Notes: generated by a model not told the origin, from the letters alone. DNA of 64,000 bases from Minisyncoccota bacterium (GCA_041666225.1 JBAYHJ010000005.1:2320-66319), one strand, 5' to 3'; shown: positions 48,118-59,040, numbered from the stretch's first letter. Made by a program: numbers and translations.

Positions 48118-50337
48118 TTATTCAGTTTCTTCTTTTCTGCCTTTAATCTTCACATTTCTCCAGCCCTGAATCTGTTTCTTGTCTATTGCTTTAGTTCCGT
48201 CAATGATATAACCACTATGATTAGGCAATTTTCTACCTAAAAATTTCTTATCAACAATTGGCAAATTATAGAATTTCGCGTATCGCGCGCACTCTTCGTA
48301 CATCGCATCTTTACTTACCCAAGCACTCGTTTCTTCTTCTAGGCAATCTTTAACAAAGTTAGCTACCATAGAGCCAGAAAGTAACATTTCTTTCTTTACT
48401 TCTTCTGGAGTTTTACCATAGCTAAAATCTTGCTTTTGTAAGATTTCACTTAATCCAAACAGTGATAAATTCAATAATCCAGATAATTCTTCTTTAGTTG
48501 TCATTTTATCTGTAAGGAATTTATCCACTCTTGTAATTTCCGCTAGGAACGGAACAATGATCCATCTGCTGAAATAGGCATCGTCATTGGTATCTTTTAC
48601 GTCTGGAATCTTATTACAAGCAAATGTTAATTTAGCGAAGTTCTGAAACTGAAATTGTTCTCCAAACTTCTTTTCACCGCTAATAATTCCACCACCAGTA
48701 GCTATCTTAAACAATCCATTGTCATTAATATCGCTGAAAGAAAGATCATCATATACATTTATATGTTTGTTATATAAGTGAGAAGATGCAAATTTGTCAG
48801 AGACTATCTTTTGTAGACTAATTCCTGAGACATTTTCTTTCCCTATAAATCTTTCGAACAATTTTATTAAGGTAGATTTTCCTGTATCTTTCTCTCCTAC
48901 AAAGATAATGGCTTTCTTAATGAAGTAATTTCTGTAGAGACAAAACCCGAACCATTCTAGAATTATTTTTTGATCCTCTGGCAAAATCTCATTCAGAAAG
49001 TTACTAATTACTGGACACATTGCATTCACATTGTAATTAACAGGAACCTTAGTGAAGAATAAGTATTCAGGACTATGTGGCATAAATTCTTTATTTTTAA
49101 TGTTAAATATTCCATTATTAAGATTAATGAAATTCTTATTAACATTAAAATCTTCTAAATCTGCCAAGGTTGAATCCTTAATCATTTCAATGATATTATT
49201 CTTGTTAGTAGTTGTCGTAAGCTCTTCTAATATTTCTTGAATTTCTGCCTTTATATTATTTAAGCCTAAAACGTAGATGCCATCTTTGTAGATGTAAATA
49301 TCGCGTATTCTTTCCCCGATGGTTTTAATGTGATATTTCTTAATGAGATATTTGGCAATTTCATATGATGTTTCTTTAGGGTGATTCAAGAAGTTACTCT
49401 TGAAATTTACATCTTCCGATATTTTTAGTACTAGATCTTTCTTCTTTTCCTGCTGGGATTGAATAGCAACCATAATTGTGTGTTCTCTATAATCCTTTCT
49501 TATCTGTGTTTTAACTCTTGCCCCAAGTGGTGAACTAAGCCATAGACGTTCCATTTGTTCTGCGTTGCAATCTGTCCAATAAGCTAGGTGCGAACATAAA
49601 GCTAAATCAGCCACAGAGTCATCGTTATTATGTGCAGTTGTATCACCGTTATACAGTAATTTAATTTTATCTCCTATTTTAGATGCGAACATTTTGGAAA
49701 GAATGATCTCATCGTCAATTGATGGAATAGCAACTGGAAATATGGCGGTTTGTTGCACTCCTTGCTTGCCCCATGGATAACCAATAATTGAGAGTAGTGC
49801 TATTGCTTCCTCTGGAGTAACTGTGCGGACAGGTAACGCTTCTTCAAGAGGGTTATTTGTCACAGTGAAATAACGACCTGATGTATAAGCTTCAAATGGG
49901 CCTTTCCTATTTGCTATAAGCTTAAGCGGTGCTGTAAGCGATAAATAAAGATGCAGTCCACTTTCAGACGGACTAATCTCTGTGTAAGTTCCTGCTTCCT
50001 TAATAAGCTTAAGAATATTCTCTCTTTCTTCATGCATGATTTCATTACCATCTAAACAATGATCTATATCAATTCCAAGAAGTAGTTGGTCTGGCGTAAA
50101 GACTATTCCAATACCTTGCGATACATTTACTACTTCTTCATACATGTTCCAAGTTGATGGGTTATCTGTTGATGCAGTTCTTCCATCTAAACCAATTGGC
50201 AACTTTGTAACTCGACCATCTTCTCCTGTTTCTTCATACCTCCAATTAACCCAGCACTTTTGTTCGCCAAAGGTTGATGCAAGTATGTTTTCATCTTCTT
50301 TTTTTTCTGTTTTTACTAATTCTTCTTCTATACTCAT
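48118..50337 (-). CDS. Bifunctional primase-polymerase (PrimPol N-domain) fused to D5/P4-alpha-like SF3 helicase
   Basis: N-terminal PrimPol motifs (GIGIVFTP...LGIDIDHC), Walker A FVGEKDTGKSTLIKLF, Walker B-like HINVYDD. Confidence 0.8.
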   Translation of the reverse strand: MSIEEELVKTEKKEDENILASTFGEQKCWVNWRYEETGEDGRVTKLPIGLDGRTASTDNPSTWNMYEEVVNVSQGIGIVFTPDQLLLGIDIDHCLDGNEIMHEERENILKLIKEAGTYTEISPSESGLHLYLSLTAPLKLIANRKGPFEAYTSGRYFTVTNNPLEEALPVRTVTPEEAIALLSIIGYPWGKQGVQQTAIFPVAIPSIDDEIILSKMFASKIGDKIKLLYNGDTTAHNNDDSVADLALCSHLAYWTDCNAEQMERLWLSSPLGARVKTQIRKDYREHTIMVAIQSQQEKKKDLVLKISEDVNFKSNFLNHPKETSYEIAKYLIKKYHIKTIGERIRDIYIYKDGIYVLGLNNIKAEIQEILEELTTTTNKNNIIEMIKDSTLADLEDFNVNKNFINLNNGIFNIKNKEFMPHSPEYLFFTKVPVNYNVNAMCPVISNFLNEILPEDQKIILEWFGFCLYRNYFIKKAIIFVGEKDTGKSTLIKLFERFIGKENVSGISLQKIVSDKFASSHLYNKHINVYDDLSFSDINDNGLFKIATGGGIISGEKKFGEQFQFQNFAKLTFACNKIPDVKDTNDDAYFSRWIIVPFLAEITRVDKFLTDKMTTKEELSGLLNLSLFGLSEILQKQDFSYGKTPEEVKKEMLLSGSMVANFVKDCLEEETSAWVSKDAMYEECARYAKFYNLPIVDKKFLGRKLPNHSGYIIDGTKAIDKKQIQGWRNVKIKGRKEETE

Positions 50338-50339
50338 AT

Positions 50340-50609
50340 TTATTCGGTCTTCGAAAAATTTCTAGTTACAAATTTTAAGAACATTTCTGATAACTTAAAT
50401 GCACCTTCGAGACATTTTTCATTATCCACAATACGATTTACCGACTTTTCAACATCTTTAGCTGAAATAAATTTTGAGGATAATACTAACGTCAATGCCA
50501 TCAGAAGATCCTCCTTTGAATACTTATCAGCAAAGTTCGTATATTTGTGTCCTATCATAATGTTTTCAACTCCTACTTTTGCCTTTTTAGGGCTATTTTT
50601 TTTACTCAT
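50340..50609 (-). CDS. Hypothetical small protein immediately upstream of the PrimPol gene
   Basis: 89-aa ORF; stop 2 nt before PrimPol start, same strand. Confidence 0.35.
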   Translation of the reverse strand: MSKKNSPKKAKVGVENIMIGHKYTNFADKYSKEDLLMALTLVLSSKFISAKDVEKSVNRIVDNEKCLEGAFKLSEMFLKFVTRNFSKTE

Positions 50610-50695
50610 ATTTTTTAATATATTATTTAATAATTGCAGGATGTTCCTTGCTTACTATTTCGTAAGCAAGGTTATCCCACATGGGGGGGCACTAT

Positions 50696-50869
50696 TTAGT
50701 TTTTACGATTACATTTCTCACAAAATGTAAGACTTCGAAGAATATCAAGAGATTCGAAAGCATTTTTCATAATCACTTGGCATACATCATCCATTGTCAC
50801 AACTTCTTCACAGAAGTTATCTATTTCTTCTTTGAGCACCTTGGGCTCTTTTGTTTTCTTTTTTAACAT
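50696..50869 (-). CDS. Possible 57-aa Cys-containing small protein (below the ORF-track length cut-off)
   Basis: Minus-strand ATG at 50869 to TAA at 50696: MLKKKTKEPKVLKEEIDNFCEEVVTMDDVCQVIMKNAFESLDILRSLTFCEKCNRKN. Confidence 0.25.
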   Translation of the reverse strand: MLKKKTKEPKVLKEEIDNFCEEVVTMDDVCQVIMKNAFESLDILRSLTFCEKCNRKN

Positions 50870-51042
50870 GTGTTTTTATAGTTAGGCTATTAATCTTCCT
50901 CTCGACTGAGGATTCCTTCTATTATTTCAAATCCTCTTTTCAGACTTTGATTTTTTTTGAATTAGTGGAAAACATAAAAAAAAGAGCCCTATTTTTAAGG
51001 ACTCTTTTTAAATTTCCACTAAAATTTCGGAAATTTCTTCCA

Positions 51043-51882
51043 CTAACTCCCACTCTTTTCTCTTATTTTCATATAAACACTTTGATTTCCATCAGTAAAT
51101 TCAAGTGATATACTCAACCCTTTTTTTGAAGTTTTGCGTTGTAATTCTTTTAATCTATCTTTTAATATTTCTTTTTTTCTAGGCACTGTTAGATAATGGT
51201 CATTCTTTAATTTACTTGTTTTAGGAGTTGTTTGATCAAAAACAAACTCAATTCTCTTTGGTACTTCGATTGGCAAAAGGCATTCATATAATTTACTTGC
51301 AACATTATCAATTGCACCTATCTCAACGCTTTTTGAACCAAAATTTAGTAGTCTTCCTCCGTTTGCAGTTTGTAAAAGAGTTTCATTATTATTATTATTA
51401 TTCATACCCGTTCTTTTTTCTGTATTTGAACTTTTGAGATGCTTAATGTCTGTTATTGGTGATTGAGCAGTATTACTACTTGTTACATCTTCAAGCATTT
51501 GTTTTAACTCAAGATCTCTTATTCCAGTGTTTGGTTTGTATTCATCTCCCAGCAATTCAGCTCTCTTTTGTTCTGCTTTAGACACTAAATACCGAAGATT
51601 GGTTTCTGCTTTATATAAAACTTTTTTATCTTTTTCTTCTCTATATGGAAGATAAATAATATCCAAGGGGATCAAATATCCCTTATCTTTAAAATTTAAA
51701 TTTCCAGCGGGTATTTTTAATTCTCCTAATAAATTAAGTAAAATATTATATTTTTGATTAAGTTCTTTGTATTCTCCTGGATACTTAATAATTATTTTTA
51801 CTATTTGTAAAATATCAAAAGCACACTGTGAGAAATTATGTAGTGTAGTAGCTTTTACTTCTGTTAGTTTTGTCCTTGGCAT
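51043..51882 (-). CDS. Hypothetical protein, 279 aa, first gene of the minus-strand PrimPol module
   Basis: Clean ORF; poly-Asn tract (NNNNNN); no motif. Confidence 0.4.
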   Translation of the reverse strand: MPRTKLTEVKATTLHNFSQCAFDILQIVKIIIKYPGEYKELNQKYNILLNLLGELKIPAGNLNFKDKGYLIPLDIIYLPYREEKDKKVLYKAETNLRYLVSKAEQKRAELLGDEYKPNTGIRDLELKQMLEDVTSSNTAQSPITDIKHLKSSNTEKRTGMNNNNNNETLLQTANGGRLLNFGSKSVEIGAIDNVASKLYECLLPIEVPKRIEFVFDQTTPKTSKLKNDHYLTVPRKKEILKDRLKELQRKTSKKGLSISLEFTDGNQSVYMKIREKSGS

Positions 51883-52043
51883 GGTTGGATTATATCAAAA
51901 ATATACTTTATAACCCAATATTAGGATTCCAATCCCTACTTATTAAGCATCTTCTAAAATTCAGTTTTAAGTGGTATACTTTTGACAGTTTATACTTATC
52001 AAGTGACTAGTTAAAATAACCTATAATATTACACAAATAACCC

Positions 52044-53141
52044 ATGTATTTAATTAATAAAGACAAGAATGACATTGAACAGCTTGAAGAAGTAACTTTT
52101 AAATCAGCAGGTTTTAAAGAACGACAACATCTCCAAGAATGGATAGCAAAGAATCCTTTATCACTAGGTGAGGATTTTCTAATTATTCAAAAAGAATTTG
52201 CTGGTTTTGATGATACAAATGAAAGACTTGATCTTCTGGCTTTAGATAAAAAAGGCAATTTAGTAGTTATTGAAAACAAGCTAGATGATACAGGTAGGAA
52301 TGTCGTATGGCAATCACTAAAGTATGCTTCATATTGTTCAAGCTTAACTAGTGAAGGTATTGAAGATATTTTTGATGAGTATTTAAAAAAGAATGGAATA
52401 AAAGAAAGTGCTAAACAGTTACTAGAAGACTTCTTTGATGATGAAGATTTTAAAGAGAAATTAAATACTGGAAATAGTCAAAGACTAATAATGGTTGCTC
52501 ACGAATTTAGAAAAGAAGTAACCTCAACTGTTTTATGGCTCCTTAACTTTGGATTGAGAGTTCAATGTTTTAAAGTTACACCTTACAAGCTAGGAGAAAA
52601 GTTTCTTTTAGATTTTTCTCAGATTATTCCTATTAAAGAAGCTGAAGATTATATTATAAAAGTTGCATCAAAGAATAGAGAAGAAATTGGTAATCAAGAA
52701 GAACTAGAAAATAGATATTCAGTTAGATATGATTTTTGGACAGAATTCTTAAAAGAAGTAAATAAAAAGAATAGTTTATGTGCAAACTTAAGTCCTAGCA
52801 AAGATGCTTGGATTGGCATAGGTTCTGGAGTAAGTGGAATAAATATAAACTTAGTTGTTACTAGGTCCTACGCTAGAGTAGAAATATATATAAATAAAGG
52901 AGTAGCTCAAAATAAAGAAGTGTTTGATTATTTCTTTAAACAGAAGGAGCAGATAGAAAAAGACTTTGGAGCACCCCTAGATTGGGCAAGAATGGATGAT
53001 AAGGTTACTTGTAGAATTAAGTGGCAATTAGATAGTGTTAGCATCTTTGAAGAAGCAGATCATAAGAAAATGAATGACTTCTTGATTGACGGACTAGAAA
53101 GAATGAAGAAAGCATTTACTGAACCAATAAAAAACTTATAA
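52044..53141 (+). CDS. PD-(D/E)XK nuclease-fold protein, probably DUF4268-like, preceding hsdR
   Basis: RLDLLALDKKGNLVVIENKLD (D...ExK), C-terminal domain of the kind often found beside type I R-M genes. Confidence 0.45.
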   Translation: MYLINKDKNDIEQLEEVTFKSAGFKERQHLQEWIAKNPLSLGEDFLIIQKEFAGFDDTNERLDLLALDKKGNLVVIENKLDDTGRNVVWQSLKYASYCSSLTSEGIEDIFDEYLKKNGIKESAKQLLEDFFDDEDFKEKLNTGNSQRLIMVAHEFRKEVTSTVLWLLNFGLRVQCFKVTPYKLGEKFLLDFSQIIPIKEAEDYIIKVASKNREEIGNQEELENRYSVRYDFWTEFLKEVNKKNSLCANLSPSKDAWIGIGSGVSGININLVVTRSYARVEIYINKGVAQNKEVFDYFFKQKEQIEKDFGAPLDWARMDDKVTCRIKWQLDSVSIFEEADHKKMNDFLIDGLERMKKAFTEPIKNL

Positions 53142-53157
53142 TAATTAAAATAAATTT

Positions 53158-56157
53158 ATGGCTTTCAATGAAAATACAAGAGTAAAGATTCCAGCAATAT
53201 TACATCTATCCAAATTAGGATATGATTATATTTCTCTTTCAAATGCAAAGATAGATGAGAATACAAATATCTTCACTGATATATTTAGAGAGAGTCTTTT
53301 AAAAATAAATAAAGATGTTGAAGAACATGATATAAAGAAAACTTTTGATGAAGTTTCTCTTACTCTTGATAATGATGATCTCGGACAAGAATTTTATAAT
53401 AAGTTGATAGCAACATCTGGAATAAAACTTATTGATTTTAAAGATTTTAGTAATAACACCTTTAATGTAGTCACTGAACTTACCTACAAGAATGGAGATG
53501 ATGAATTCCGTCCAGACATTACGCTTCTTATTAACGGTATGCCTCTTGTATTTATAGAAGTTAAAAAACCTAATAATCAAGAAGGAATACTCGCAGAAAG
53601 AAATAGAATAAATGTAAGATTTAAGAATAAGAAGTTTAAAAAGTTTATAAACATTTCTCAGATCTTGGTATTTTCCAATAACATGGAATACGACTCTGAA
53701 TCAATCGTTCCTATCCAAGGAGCATTTTATGGGACACCATCATATCAAAATGCGAACTTTAATTGTTTTAGAGAAGAAGAAAAAATTGATTTAGCTAGGA
53801 TTTTAAAAGAAGAAGATGAAGATATTGAGAATATTGTATTGAAAGATAACAATTTATTGACAATAAAACATTCCCAAGAATTTATTACTAATAAAGATAA
53901 CAATACTCCCACAAATCGGATTTTAACTTCGTTATTTAGCAAAGAAAGAATAGCATTGCTTTTGAGATACAGTATTGCTTATGTTCAAGAAAAGAACGGA
54001 CTTGAAAAACACATAATGCGTTATCCTCAATTGTTTGCAACAAAGGCAATTGAAAATAAACTAGAAAATGGAATAACTAAAGGTATCATTTGGCACACAC
54101 AAGGTAGTGGCAAAACAGCACTTGCTTATTATAATGTAAATTATTTAACTGACTATTATCAGAAGAAAGAAATAATCCCAAAATTCTATTTCATTGTAGA
54201 TAGAATTGATCTAATGATTCAAGCTAAGAACGAGTTTGTAAATCGTGGTCTTACCGTGCATATAGTTAATTCTAAGGAAGAGCTTACGAAAGACTTTAAT
54301 TTATTAACAGCAATTCATAACCTCTCAGGCAAAAGAGAAATTACTGTTGTTAATATTCAAAAGTTTAAGGATGATACGGATGTATTAAAAACAATTGATT
54401 ATAATATAAATACACAGAGAGTTTATTTCTTAGACGAAGTACATAGAAGTTACAATCCTACAGGAAGTTTCTTGGCTAACCTTTTTAATTCAGATCGCAA
54501 AGCTATCATGATAGGGTTAACAGGAACTCCACTTATAACAAAAGATAGATTCTCCAGAGAAATCTTTGGAGACTACATTCATAAATATTATTACAATTCG
54601 TCTATTGCAGATGGATATACTTTAAAATTAATTAGAGAAGGTATAGAAAATAATTATAAAATTCAACTCGAAAAAACCTTAAAAGAGGTTGAAGTGATGA
54701 GTGGAGATGTAGAAAAACGAGTTATATATTCACATGAAAAATTTGTAGAGCCGATGCTTGAATATATAGTTGAAGATTTTATTAAAAGTAGAATAAGATT
54801 TGCTGACAATAATATTGGTGGAATGGTTGTCTGTGATAGTTCTGATCAAGCTAAGAAGATGTCTGAAATTTTCGAAAGAAAATATAAAGACACTGATAAA
54901 AATTTAACATCAGCTCTTATTCTCCATGATGTTGGAGACAAGGAAGAAAGAAAAAAAGAAATTGAAGATTTTAAAGCTGGTAAAATAGACCTCTTGTTTG
55001 TATACAATATGTTACTTACAGGATTTGATGCTAAACGACTTAAAAAACTTTATATAGGTAGAATAATCAAAGACCATAACTTACTCCAAACACTTACTAG
55101 AGTAAACAGACCATATAAAGAATTTAGATATGGATATGTTGTAGATTTTGCAGATATTCGTAAGGAATTTGATTCTACAAATAAGGCATATTTTGATGAA
55201 CTGCAACTAGAACTTGGAGATGAGATGAAGACATACTCTGGATTGTTTGCTTCCCAAGAAGAAATTGAGCAAGATATACAAGATATTAAAGAAATGTTGT
55301 ATCACTATGACTTAAATAATGCTGAAACTTTCTCTCAACAAATCAATCAAATAGAAGATCGTAGTGTTATATTAGAGCTAAAAAAGGCCTTAGAAAAAGC
55401 AAGAAATTTATATAATATCATTCGCTTACAAGGAAACTATGAATTATTAGAAAAAATTGATTTTAAAAAACTCAATCAGCTTTATAGTGAAACTTCTCAT
55501 CGTTTAGATTTACTTAATCTTAAGGATTCTCTTGCAAATAGTACTGATACAACAAATCTTTTAAATATTGCACTTGAAGACATAGTTTTCATGTTTCGTA
55601 AGGTATCAGAAGAAGAACTTATAATTGCAGATCAACTTAAAAACATGCTTCGAAAAACTCGTGAAGCACTTGGTGGAAATTTTGATCCAAAGGACCCACA
55701 CTTTGTTTCTTTATATGATGAATTAAAAAGATTATTTAATAAAAAGAATCTAGATGAAATTACACAAGAAGAGATGACTCAAAATATTGGTTCATTACAG
55801 CAAATCTACGACAAAGTAACAGAACTAAACCGCAGGAATAATTTATTAAAAGCAAAATATGAGAATGATGCGAAGTATGCTCGAATTCATAAGCGAATAT
55901 TAGAAAAAGGAAACATTACTACACGAGAGAGTGAAATAGGAGAAACTCTTTTAGATATTAAGAAACAAGCTGATGAGAAGGTATTACTTAACGCTAAATT
56001 ATTAAACAATGAAAGTTACTTTGATGGATTAATGATGCAAATGGTAATTGGAGGTTTTGAGAAAACAAATATTAAACTTGATTCTGAGTCAGCTAAATAT
56101 ATAAATAAATGCGTCGTAAGTGAGTACATTAATGAATTTCAAGGCACAATAGCATAA
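53158..56157 (+). CDS. hsdR: Type I restriction enzyme R subunit
   Basis: N-terminal HsdR nuclease domain, helicase motif I IWHTQGSGKTALAYY, DEAH box FLDEVHRS, motif VI QTLTRVNR. Confidence 0.9.
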   Translation: MAFNENTRVKIPAILHLSKLGYDYISLSNAKIDENTNIFTDIFRESLLKINKDVEEHDIKKTFDEVSLTLDNDDLGQEFYNKLIATSGIKLIDFKDFSNNTFNVVTELTYKNGDDEFRPDITLLINGMPLVFIEVKKPNNQEGILAERNRINVRFKNKKFKKFINISQILVFSNNMEYDSESIVPIQGAFYGTPSYQNANFNCFREEEKIDLARILKEEDEDIENIVLKDNNLLTIKHSQEFITNKDNNTPTNRILTSLFSKERIALLLRYSIAYVQEKNGLEKHIMRYPQLFATKAIENKLENGITKGIIWHTQGSGKTALAYYNVNYLTDYYQKKEIIPKFYFIVDRIDLMIQAKNEFVNRGLTVHIVNSKEELTKDFNLLTAIHNLSGKREITVVNIQKFKDDTDVLKTIDYNINTQRVYFLDEVHRSYNPTGSFLANLFNSDRKAIMIGLTGTPLITKDRFSREIFGDYIHKYYYNSSIADGYTLKLIREGIENNYKIQLEKTLKEVEVMSGDVEKRVIYSHEKFVEPMLEYIVEDFIKSRIRFADNNIGGMVVCDSSDQAKKMSEIFERKYKDTDKNLTSALILHDVGDKEERKKEIEDFKAGKIDLLFVYNMLLTGFDAKRLKKLYIGRIIKDHNLLQTLTRVNRPYKEFRYGYVVDFADIRKEFDSTNKAYFDELQLELGDEMKTYSGLFASQEEIEQDIQDIKEMLYHYDLNNAETFSQQINQIEDRSVILELKKALEKARNLYNIIRLQGNYELLEKIDFKKLNQLYSETSHRLDLLNLKDSLANSTDTTNLLNIALEDIVFMFRKVSEEELIIADQLKNMLRKTREALGGNFDPKDPHFVSLYDELKRLFNKKNLDEITQEEMTQNIGSLQQIYDKVTELNRRNNLLKAKYENDAKYARIHKRILEKGNITTRESEIGETLLDIKKQADEKVLLNAKLLNNESYFDGLMMQMVIGGFEKTNIKLDSESAKYINKCVVSEYINEFQGTIA

Positions 56158-56160
56158 TAT

Positions 56161-57783
56161 ATGACACAAGATTTTACAATTCAAACAAAACAATTAATTG
56201 ATAACCTTAAGGGTATTTGTTCCTCTTATGGTTTAGGAAATGATGGTAATGAATTTAAAATCATTACTCAAGTGTTCTTGTATAAGTTTATGAACGATAA
56301 GTTTGGGTATGAAGTAAAACAGATTGATAATAGATTGCAAAAGGCTGAAAACTGGGAACAAGAAATATCTAAATATACTAACAAGGAGTATGATATGTTA
56401 CTTCTAAAAATGAATCCAGATAGTGCTAAACTTAAAAGAGAGCATTTTTTATCTAGTCTTCATAACAGACAAAACGATGAGGAGTTTGCTAAAATATTTG
56501 ATGATACATTGCTTGATATTTCTATTTTCAATAAAGATATCTTCTCTGTTAAGACTGAGACTGGAGCTAAAATAAAACTTTTTGATGAATTAAGTAATTT
56601 TATTACAGATAGTTCAAAGAGAGATGATTTTGCAAGAGCACTTATTAATCAACTTATTAATTTCAGTTTTGAGAAAACATTTAATCAAAAGTTTGATTTC
56701 TTTTCTACAATATTTGAATATCTTATTAAAGATTACAATAAAGATGGTGGAGGAAAATATGCTGAGTATTACACTCCTCATGTAGTATCAAAAATAATGG
56801 CTTCTATTTTAGTAGATAGTCCTGTAAAAAATGTAACTTGTTATGATCCATCTGCTGGTTCTGGAACTCTCCTTATGAATTTAGCACATGCTATCGGTGT
56901 GGATCGTTGTACTATTTACTCGCAAGATATTTCACAGAAGTCATCTAGTTTACTTCGTCTTAATCTAATTTTAAATAATCTAGTACATTCTATTCAAAAT
57001 ATTATTCAAGGTGATACTTTACTTGCTCCATATCATAAAACTGGTGATAAACTAATGACCTTTGATTATATAGTCTCGAACCCCCCATTCAAACTAGATT
57101 TTAGTAAAGAAAGAGATGATATCGAGTCTAAACAGAGTTATGGTCGTTTTTTTGCAGGAGTTCCTAAGGTTACACCTAAAAATCCAGACAAGATGGCAAT
57201 TTATTTGCTTTTTATTCAGCATATTATGTTTTCTTTAGCTTCTAATGGGAAAGCCGCTATTGTTGTTCCTACTGGATTTATCACTGCACAAAGTGGTATT
57301 GAAATGAAAATTAGAGAGAAATTAATTAATAAAAAAATGTTACGAGGAGTAGTTTCTATGCCGAGTAATATATTTGCGACTACTGGTACAAATGTATCTA
57401 TTTTATTTATTGATAAAACTAATACAGATGGTGATGTAATTCTCATGGATGCTTCTAGTTTAGGAACGAGTGTAAAAGAGGGTAAAAATAAAAAAACATT
57501 ACTTTCCCCAGAAGAAGAACAATTGATTATTAGTACTTTTAATAAACGTAAAGTAGAAGAAGATTTTTCTGTGGTTGTTTCGTATGACCAGATAAAAGAG
57601 AAGGGCTATTCTTTTAGTGCTGGGCAATATTTTGAGGTAAAAATTGAGTATATTAATATAACTCAAAAAGAATTTGGAACAAAAATGAGCAGATATAAAT
57701 TAAACCTTGCAGAATATTTCAAACAATCTCATGAGTTAGAACAAGAAATTAAAAAACAGTTGGAATTGTTAAAATATGAATAA
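56161..57783 (+). CDS. hsdM: Type I R-M N6-adenine DNA methyltransferase subunit
   Basis: HsdM N-terminal domain, AdoMet motif DPSAGSGTLL, catalytic NPPF (VSNPPFKLDF). Confidence 0.9.
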   Translation: MTQDFTIQTKQLIDNLKGICSSYGLGNDGNEFKIITQVFLYKFMNDKFGYEVKQIDNRLQKAENWEQEISKYTNKEYDMLLLKMNPDSAKLKREHFLSSLHNRQNDEEFAKIFDDTLLDISIFNKDIFSVKTETGAKIKLFDELSNFITDSSKRDDFARALINQLINFSFEKTFNQKFDFFSTIFEYLIKDYNKDGGGKYAEYYTPHVVSKIMASILVDSPVKNVTCYDPSAGSGTLLMNLAHAIGVDRCTIYSQDISQKSSSLLRLNLILNNLVHSIQNIIQGDTLLAPYHKTGDKLMTFDYIVSNPPFKLDFSKERDDIESKQSYGRFFAGVPKVTPKNPDKMAIYLLFIQHIMFSLASNGKAAIVVPTGFITAQSGIEMKIREKLINKKMLRGVVSMPSNIFATTGTNVSILFIDKTNTDGDVILMDASSLGTSVKEGKNKKTLLSPEEEQLIISTFNKRKVEEDFSVVVSYDQIKEKGYSFSAGQYFEVKIEYINITQKEFGTKMSRYKLNLAEYFKQSHELEQEIKKQLELLKYE

Positions 57784-59035
57784 GAAATATAAATTAAAAG
57801 AATTATGTGAAATTACTTCAAGTAAGCGAATATTTGCACATGAATACGTAGAAAAAGGTATATCATTTTTTCGAAGTAAAGAAATTATTGAATTAGCTAA
57901 TGAACAAAAAATAGATGAGCCATTATTCATTAGTGAAGAAAGATATAATGAGATAAAGAAAAAATTTAACATTCCTAAAAATGGAGATATTTTACTTTCT
58001 GCAATAGGAGCTAATCTCGGAATCCCTTATTGGGTTAATTTGGATTTTGAATTTTATTTTAAAGATGGAAATGTTATTTGGTTTAGAAACTTTTCATCAA
58101 AATTAGACAGTGAGTATTTGTTTTGGTGGATGAATACAAATTATTTTTTTAAACAATTTACAGATAAAGCAATTGGAGCTGCACAAAAAGCTCTCACTAT
58201 TGATTCATTAAATGAATATTTAGTTGAAGTTCCAAGTTTAAAAGAGCAAAGAGATGCTATAAAAATTTTTAGAGCAATATCAAAAAAAATTATAGTAAAC
58301 AACAAAATCAACGCTGAACTAGAAGTAATGGCAAAAACCTTATATGATTACTGGTTTATACAATTTGATTTTCCAAATAAAAATAATAAACCTTATAAAA
58401 ATAGTGGGGGTAAAATGATTTACAGTAATGAATTAAAAAAAGAAATCCCTGAAGGATGGGAAGTTGATAGAATAAATAAAAAGATTAAAATCGAATCAGG
58501 CTTTCCTTTTAATTCTGATGATTATTGCGAAAATGGAAAATATCAAATTATAACAATTAAGAACGTACAAGATGGATATTTAGATACTTCAACAGTAGAT
58601 AAAATTGACCTTATTCCTGATAATATATCAGATTTTTGTGTATTGGAAATTGGTGATGTCTTAATGTCTCTTACAGGCAATGTTGGAAGGATGTGTTTTG
58701 TGGATAAAGAAAATCTACTTCTAAACCAAAGAGTTGGTAAGTTGCTTGGAGAAAAAGAATTTATAATTTATACTTATTTATTTTTTAAGAGACCAGAAAA
58801 TCAAAAGAGGTTAGAAAAAATAGCTGGTGGAAGCTCACAGTCAAATTTAAGCCCAATAAATGCAGTAAAAGATTTTTTCATTATACCTTCACAAAATATA
58901 TTAAATGATTTTTCAAAAATTATCATCCCTATTTTTGAACAAATAATAAGAAATAAAAAAGAAAACAGAGAACTCTCAGAACAACGAGATTGGCTCCTTC
59001 CAATGCTAATGAACGGACAAGTAACCGTTAAATAA
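57776..59035 (+). CDS. hsdS: Type I R-M specificity subunit with two target-recognition domains
   Basis: Duplicated TRD architecture with conserved central and C-terminal coiled-coil repeats; overlaps hsdM by 8 nt. Confidence 0.85.
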   Translation: MNKKYKLKELCEITSSKRIFAHEYVEKGISFFRSKEIIELANEQKIDEPLFISEERYNEIKKKFNIPKNGDILLSAIGANLGIPYWVNLDFEFYFKDGNVIWFRNFSSKLDSEYLFWWMNTNYFFKQFTDKAIGAAQKALTIDSLNEYLVEVPSLKEQRDAIKIFRAISKKIIVNNKINAELEVMAKTLYDYWFIQFDFPNKNNKPYKNSGGKMIYSNELKKEIPEGWEVDRINKKIKIESGFPFNSDDYCENGKYQIITIKNVQDGYLDTSTVDKIDLIPDNISDFCVLEIGDVLMSLTGNVGRMCFVDKENLLLNQRVGKLLGEKEFIIYTYLFFKRPENQKRLEKIAGGSSQSNLSPINAVKDFFIIPSQNILNDFSKIIIPIFEQIIRNKKENRELSEQRDWLLPMLMNGQVTVK

Positions 59036-59040
59036 CAAAT

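Noticed and set aside
50545-51108. Three + strand ORFs of 61-85 aa (50545..50730, 50681..50866, 50851..51108) in the spacer between minus-strand genes
   Set aside because: Low-complexity, Phe/Leu-rich translations of AT-rich spacer, mutually overlapping and antisense to the operon. The minus-strand 57-aa ORF (50696..50869) is the more plausible product here.
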